DNA from: Octopus vulgaris
Taxonomy: Eukaryota
Direction: 5' to 3'
Length of the DNA stretch: 64,000 bases
Assembly (NCBI GenBank): GCA_951406725.2
Contig: OX597832.1
Coordinates: forward strand, 1,488,001-1,552,000
The translations under genes were made by a program, and so were the position numbers. Positions 57,484 to 64,000 of this stretch are shown here, in pieces. A model generated the notes under the pieces. That model had not been told where the DNA came from and did no database searches. It was given only the letters and a program-made list of their open reading frames with translations. Position 1 is the stretch's first letter; every line of letters starts with the position of its first letter.

Positions 57484-57910
57484 GCACACACACCTTTGTG
57501 CCTTTGTGTTTGTATATGTATGTATGCGCGATTGTTTAATCAGTTTGATATCAACACTGGTTGCTAAAGTGTAATATATTTTACACCTTATTGTAATTTA
57601 ACAGGGATTTATAGATTCATTTTCTGTGAAAAAGTCTGTACTACTACAGTGCATACATAAGTAATAATGAGATATTAAAGAAATATTAAAACGAACTTTA
57701 AAGCATTGGAAAATGAAACACTAGATAATCATGCATACATGTCATATTCTTTTTGATTACAATATATGAAAAAGAAAATACCGTTATTGACGGAATATGA
57801 TGACGTAGAAAGTTATTGGTTATCTGAAAACATAGCTATCTGGAGCATATATTAATAATAATATACATTCCAGACAATTTTTGCTCTTTGTTATTATTAC
57901 TATACACACA

Positions 57911-58036
<126 letters not shown>

Positions 58037-58273
58037 ATATATAATATTAATAAGGAAGAGTAAAAATTGTCTCGAGTGTATATTATTATTAATAATATAT
58101 ACTCCAAGCAATTTTTCCGCCCAGAAGAAAGTACTCAGAAGAATTCAGAGAGTGACGAGCAACAAATTATAGTCACAGAGGCTAAATACTGATCGTTGTG
58201 GCCAGCCGTTGACTGGAACTTAACTGAGGGCTAATAGGGTATCTGCCAGGATAACATATCCCTACAAATTCAC

Positions 58274-58326
<53 letters not shown>

Positions 58327-58371
58327 TATACATACATACATACATACATACTTATACACATACACTATTAA

Positions 58372-58482
<111 letters not shown>

Positions 58483-59068
58483 TGTGTGTGCAGTAATCAC
58501 CTGGAATATTGCTGGTGTTCCGTTCTACAACACCCGCAATAAGTGAAACTCCGCGAAGAAGAAACAGTACTGTACTGTATATATTTTTGATTATTTCTAT
58601 AATTTGTATTTTATTATAAATGCAAAATAATGCCACGGAGAAATCGACGTAAGCTTAAATAATCAACTTCCAGAGGTGAAACGTGATGGGTGAGCCATCA
58701 TATAACGAGGGTTTACTGTATACCTATATCTATATGTATATGCATATGTACCTATATATATATGTGTGTGTGTGTGTGCGCATATATATATGCATATACA
58801 TGATTATATATATATGCATATATCTATATCTATATCTATATCTATATCTATATCTATCTTAGCTTAGTTTTTCTAATGCTCGTTGCTTAGTTTTTCCTGG
58901 AGGGCTGGCCGGATCTAGTAATCTCAAGATTAATCAGCCGAAATTACTACGATGATCCGGTTCTTGACTGAAGACTGAGGGCTTCGAATGTCCTGTCTGT
59001 GTTTGTTGTATCGTCTTCTAAGTGTTATGCGTTCTTGTCACAGTTTGTATATATATATATATATATAA

Positions 59069-59152
<84 letters not shown>

Positions 59153-59155
59153 ATA

Positions 59156-59242
<87 letters not shown>

Positions 59243-59246
59243 ATTA

Positions 59247-59660
59247 TAAGGGCGCGATGGGTAAATTGTCACCATTTTATATTTTTTTCATTTCGCGCAT
59301 GCACATTGTTTGTTTTGGATTTTGTCGACTACTCAGTATATCAGTTGGGCACCATCTCTGAGAAAAACACCTCCATGACGCAATTCATTCTAGTAGAGTT
59401 TTGGAAGCAACATGCTGTATACTGCCTGGCATTCGCGACGGAAGCTTCAATATGAACTTTTGAGAGTGTTTGGGCGTCAATCTCAGGACAGTGCAAACTG
59501 AGGACACGTACCGATAATGATAAAAATCAAACATCCAGTCAACATCATGGTGTTTGGAGTGATCGTTAGTGATGGCTACGTTATGCCTCCATTCATCTTC
59601 CCACACGGCGTCAGACTCAACACGAAGGCCTACATTAAGTGCCTAGAGGGGGTAGTGCTC
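59247..59660 (+). mobile_element. Tc1/mariner (maT-like) deletion derivative
   Basis: KHPVNIMVFGVIVSDGYVMPPFIFPHGVRLNTKAYIKCLEGVVL. Confidence 0.78.
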
Positions 59661-59839
59661 TTTAGTATTTCAAGATACTCATATATAAATTGTTAAATCT
59701 ATCTGTTAAAATGAGTTGTCAGTGTTATTTTCACTTTTGCATAATTTACACGACAGTGTTGGCGACATTATGCCTCCATTTAGATGATAGCTCCAACACG
59801 AACACTTCAGAGTGTTTGGGTCGCACCGTGTATTTATAT

Positions 59840-60047
59840 ATATACTCTTTTATTCTTTTACTTGTTTCGATCATGCCGGACTACCGTCTTAAAGGGATTT
59901 TAGTCGAAGCCATCAACCCTGGGACTTATTCTTTGTAAGCCTAGTATTTATTCTATCGGTCGCTTTCGCCGCACCGCTGGTTACGGGGACGAAAACACAT
60001 CAACACTGGTTTCAAGCGATGATGGGGGACAAACACCGACATGAAGA

Positions 60048-60050
<3 letters not shown>
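59840..60050 (-). mobile_element. SINE family A, 3' half
   Basis: Family A tail and body. Confidence 0.82.
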
Positions 60051-60097
<47 letters not shown>

Positions 60098-60168
60098 TAT
60101 GTATATATACATATATAAATCGTTAGCCACCAAACGCATTTTTTTCTCTCCTTGTTTTTTCTGTGTAC

Positions 60169-60204
60169 CTTTCTGTAGAAGAGCGTAGGCTCGAAACGTA
60201 AAAA
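60169..60204 (+). ncRNA. Minimal hammerhead-like motif with CUGUAGA core, in a ~170-bp repeat (60118-60295)
   Basis: CUUU CUGUAGA A GAGC GUAG GCUC GAAAC GUA^AAAA. Confidence 0.65.
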
Positions 60205-60301
60205 ACTTTTTCTATTCCTGAGCGTTATACTAATACATCTGCTTGTTTTGTACACCACATGTCTTCGTCTTTCGCTTTTTCGTAAACTCTCTCTGTCTCT
60301 T

Positions 60302-60343
<42 letters not shown>

Positions 60344-60401
60344 CATACACATATATATTATTCATTGTATATACACACACACACATATAAATATGTATAT
60401 G

Positions 60402-60501
<100 letters not shown>

Positions 60502-60547
60502 CACATATATATTATTCATTGTATATATATACACACACATAAATATG

Positions 60548-60616
<69 letters not shown>

Positions 60617-60713
60617 GTATATATATATATATATATGTAGAGAGAGAGAGAGAAACGTATATAAATGCATATGTATAAATTTATCTCTCTCTCTCTATAT
60701 ATATATATGTGCA

Positions 60714-60758
<45 letters not shown>

Positions 60759-60794
60759 GTATATGTATATGCATATGTAATATATATATATATA

Positions 60795-61125
60795 TCTTAC
60801 TTCCCAACCACCTGCTTTCGGGTTCAGCCCCACTAGATGGCACCATATGTCTTCAACTATAGCTTCTGGTCGACTTTGTGAGTGGATTTGGTAGACAGAA
60901 ACTGAAAGAAGCCCATCGTATATATTTATGTGTCTTTTTGTCTTTGTCCTCCCGTCATCGTCTGACAACCGATGCTGGTTTGTTTATGTCCCCGCGGTTC
61001 GATAAAAGTCACCAATAGAATAAGTACTAGACTTACAAAGAATAAGTCCTGGTGTCAATTCTTCGACTAAAACCCTTGGCCGTAGTCAAATGACCGAAAC
61101 AAGTAGAGTAAAAGAATAAAAGAAT
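60795..61125 (+). mobile_element. SINE family A
   Basis: Family A motifs throughout. Confidence 0.85.
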
Positions 61126-61385
61126 ATGAGTATATACATTGTGGTGTCTAAATGTAAGTATGTATGTGTGTATGTATGTATGTATGTATGTATGTATGTA
61201 TGTATGTATGTATGTATGTATGTACGTATGTATTGTATGCATGTGTATACGTATATGCACATACAAAACCATGTGTGTGGATTTCTGAGACAGAAAATGA
61301 AAGAAGGCTGTATCAATACTTATACACACACATACACACACGTACAAGCACACACGCCTGCATACGCACATACATATCTGTGTGT

Positions 61386-61440
<55 letters not shown>

Positions 61441-61507
61441 CATATATACATATATAGATCGTTATCCACTAAACGCATTTTTTTCTCTCCTTGTTTTTTC
61501 TGCAAAC

Positions 61508-61543
61508 CTTTCTGTAGAAGAGCGTAGGCTCGAAACGTAAAAG
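61508..61543 (+). ncRNA. Minimal hammerhead-like motif with CUGUAGA core, second copy (repeat 61455-61625)
   Basis: CUUU CUGUAGA A GAGC GUAG GCUC GAAAC GUA^AAAG; all three stems pair. Confidence 0.7.
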
Positions 61544-61679
61544 ACTTTATCTATTCCTGAGAGTTATACTAATTGTTTTGTACACCACCTTTCTTCGTCT
61601 TTTGTTTTTTCGTAAACTCTCCCTATATATATACATATATATGTATATATATTTATATATATATATATACATATATACG

Positions 61680-61805
61680 ATGGCGACTGGCTTCTTTTAG
61701 TTTCCGTCTACCAAATCTTCTCACAAGGTTTTGATTGACCGGAGGCAATAGTAGAAGGCACATGTCCAAGGTGCCATGTAATGGGACGGAACCCGGAACC
61801 ATGCG
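61680..61805 (-). mobile_element. SINE family A, 5' fragment
   Basis: Reverse complement of the family A head. Confidence 0.8.
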
Positions 61806-62024
61806 CCCTACACATAATAATCAAGGAGGTTGCTGTCTTGTGGGTTAGGCCAGATGTTAGGGATGATGTCGTCGCAGAAATTGTCTGACAGCCATGACTG
61901 GGTTCTCCTCTTTGTGCGGTATGGTACAGATGTTGCCATATATACATTCAATATGTGACCGCGTGTGTATCGTTGGCGATTTTTTTCCTCCGTGTTCCCT
62001 TCTTTGGATCTTTCCTTTTCCTAT

Positions 62025-62059
62025 GTTTCTGACGAAGAGCTCCGCTCTAAACGTTAAAC
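62025..62059 (+). ncRNA. Minimal hammerhead motif (G12U lesion)
   Basis: GUUU CUGACGA A GAGC UCC GCUC UAAAC GUU^AAAC; sister of 34090-34124. Confidence 0.7.
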
Positions 62060-62140
62060 CTTCCTTCTTTCCTTCTTTCCTGAGCGTCCAATAATACCAT
62101 ACTTGTTCCACGTCCTCGCGTTGTTGTGTTTTCTCTTATA

Positions 62141-62303
62141 GTAGGAGTGGCTGTGTGGTACGTACCTTGCTTACCAACCATATGGTTCCGGATTCAGTTC
62201 CAGTGCGGGGCACCTTGGCCAAGTGTCTTCTACTATAGCCTCGGGCCGACCAAAGCCTTGTGAGTGAATTTGCTAGACGGAAACTGAAAGAAGCTTGTCG
62301 TAC

Positions 62304-62371
<68 letters not shown>

Positions 62372-62590
62372 GTACGTGTGTGTATATGTTTGTGCGTTTG
62401 TGTTTGTACCCCCAACATCACTTGTACCCCCAACATCACTTGACAACCGATGCTGGTGTGTTTACGTCCTCATAACTTAGCGGTTCGGCAAAATAAGTAC
62501 TAGGCTTAAAAAGAATAAGTCCTGGGGTCGATTTGCTCAACCAAAGGCGGTGTCCTACCATGGCTACATTCAAATGTCTGAAACAAAAAA
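62141..62590 (+). mobile_element. SINE family A
   Basis: Near full length, with a small internal tandem duplication (TTGTACCCCCAACATCAC x2). Confidence 0.9.
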
Positions 62591-62591
62591 A

Positions 62592-62653
<62 letters not shown>

Positions 62654-62824
62654 TAGATATACACATACATAAAAATATAAACAACACAAGTAACACGAGG
62701 AGGAGATAGATAGCCGACAACTGATGAAGGGTCGTTTCTCTGTGTTTACATGGCCCGTTTTCCATTTTTTCTCCAATTGTGTACGTATTTAATTCCTTCA
62801 CCCACTTATTTCATGCTGTCCAGG

Positions 62825-62902
62825 TAAATCTAGCTGAAGAAGACAAATAAAATTTACGATAACAAACGTATTGGAAGAGTCCCAAACCTAGGTACTGGTT
62901 TA
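62825..62902 (+). ncRNA. Type I hammerhead motif (G12C lesion)
   Basis: UAAAUCUAG CUGAAGA AGAC...GUCC CAAAC CUAG GUA^CUGGUUUA; palindromic stem III. Confidence 0.6.
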
Positions 62903-63087
62903 TCCGATTCTGGGTTGTCCATTTATCTAATGTTCTTCCTAGAAGTAAGACAAAATTTTTTTGTTTGCTGTCCGCACACATCTTAGCCAGTATATATACA
63001 GTGGAGCTTTAATATAGCGTCGTAAATGTATCGACTGTTATTTCCAATAAACACTGGAGCCATGTTGTACCACTACTGTCTCTCTCA

Positions 63088-63258
<171 letters not shown>

Positions 63259-63283
63259 CATATATATATTATTCATTGCATAT

Positions 63284-63691
63284 AGGCGGAGTGGGTGTGT
63301 GGTAAGTAGCTTGTTTACCAACCACATGTTTCCGGGTTCAGTACCACTGTGTGGCACCTTGGGCAAGTGTCTTCTACTATAGCCTCGGGCCGACCAAAGC
63401 CTTGTGAGTGGATTTGGTAGACGGAAACTGAAAGAAGCACGTCGTATATATGTGTATATATATATATATATGCGTGTGTGTGTTTGTGTGTCTGTGTTTG
63501 CCCCTAGCATTGCTTGACAACCGATGCTGGTGTGTTTATGTCCCTGTTATCTAGCGGTTCGACAAAAGAGACCGATAGAATAAGTACTGGTCTTACAAAA
63601 GAATAAGTCCCGGGGTCGAGTTGCTCGATTAAAGGCGGTGCTCCAGCATGGCCGCAGTCAAATGACTGAAACAAGTAAAAGAGTAAAAGAG
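63284..63691 (+). mobile_element. Full-length SINE family A
   Basis: Complete head through the (GTAAAAGA) tail. Confidence 0.92.
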
Positions 63692-63714
63692 TATATATAC
63701 ACACACACACACAT

Positions 63715-63771
<57 letters not shown>

Positions 63772-63779
<8 letters not shown>

Positions 63780-63864
63780 TAAATGAAAGAATGGAGTCGA
63801 ACGAAGATGTTAACAAAATTCCTTAACATCTTCGTTCGACTCCATTCTTTCATTTATTCATATA
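63772..63864. repeat. Perfect hairpin, 42-bp arms, 9-nt loop
   Basis: Arms 63772-63813 / 63823-63864; explains the two opposite ORFs that both start MKEWSRTKML. Confidence 0.97.
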
Positions 63865-64000
63865 CAACACACACATTTCTGCACATGAACCCGGAGTTTC
63901 TACTCTTGACAGGTCGCTTCAACTGTGTTTCTGACGTGAATTTGCTACCCAGGTTTCGGTTAAACGAATTTTCCATGCTGACGATAAACATAGGATAATT

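Overview
Eukaryotic, AT-rich, microsatellite-saturated DNA. The dominant tRNA-derived SINE with an internal (TA)/(TG) tract looks like the abundant Octopus family, so a cephalopod origin is likely (inference from repeat style). I see no intact host gene. Most of the window is transposon debris: R4/Dong-type REL LINEs in (TAA)n, a near-intact GC-rich RTE/BovB-type LINE, a HERO-type fragment, several Penelope-like (GIY-YIG) remnants, hAT, mariner/Tc1, Chapaev3 and Helitron-like pieces, and many SINEs. Three structures are not visible in the ORF track. (1) A six-exon minus-strand unprocessed pseudogene (14071-48664) for a Cys-rich secreted, probably GPI-anchored protein, whose splice phases chain consistently once three 1-bp frameshifts are corrected. 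(2) About a dozen type I hammerhead ribozyme motifs of several unrelated families, several with an intact core, mostly in Penelope-like 3' UTR/pLTR fragments; one family shows the non-canonical core CUGUAGA in both copies. (3) Recurrent perfect fold-back hairpins at Penelope-like truncation junctions. All alignments and folds were done by eye, so boundaries of decayed elements are approximate.
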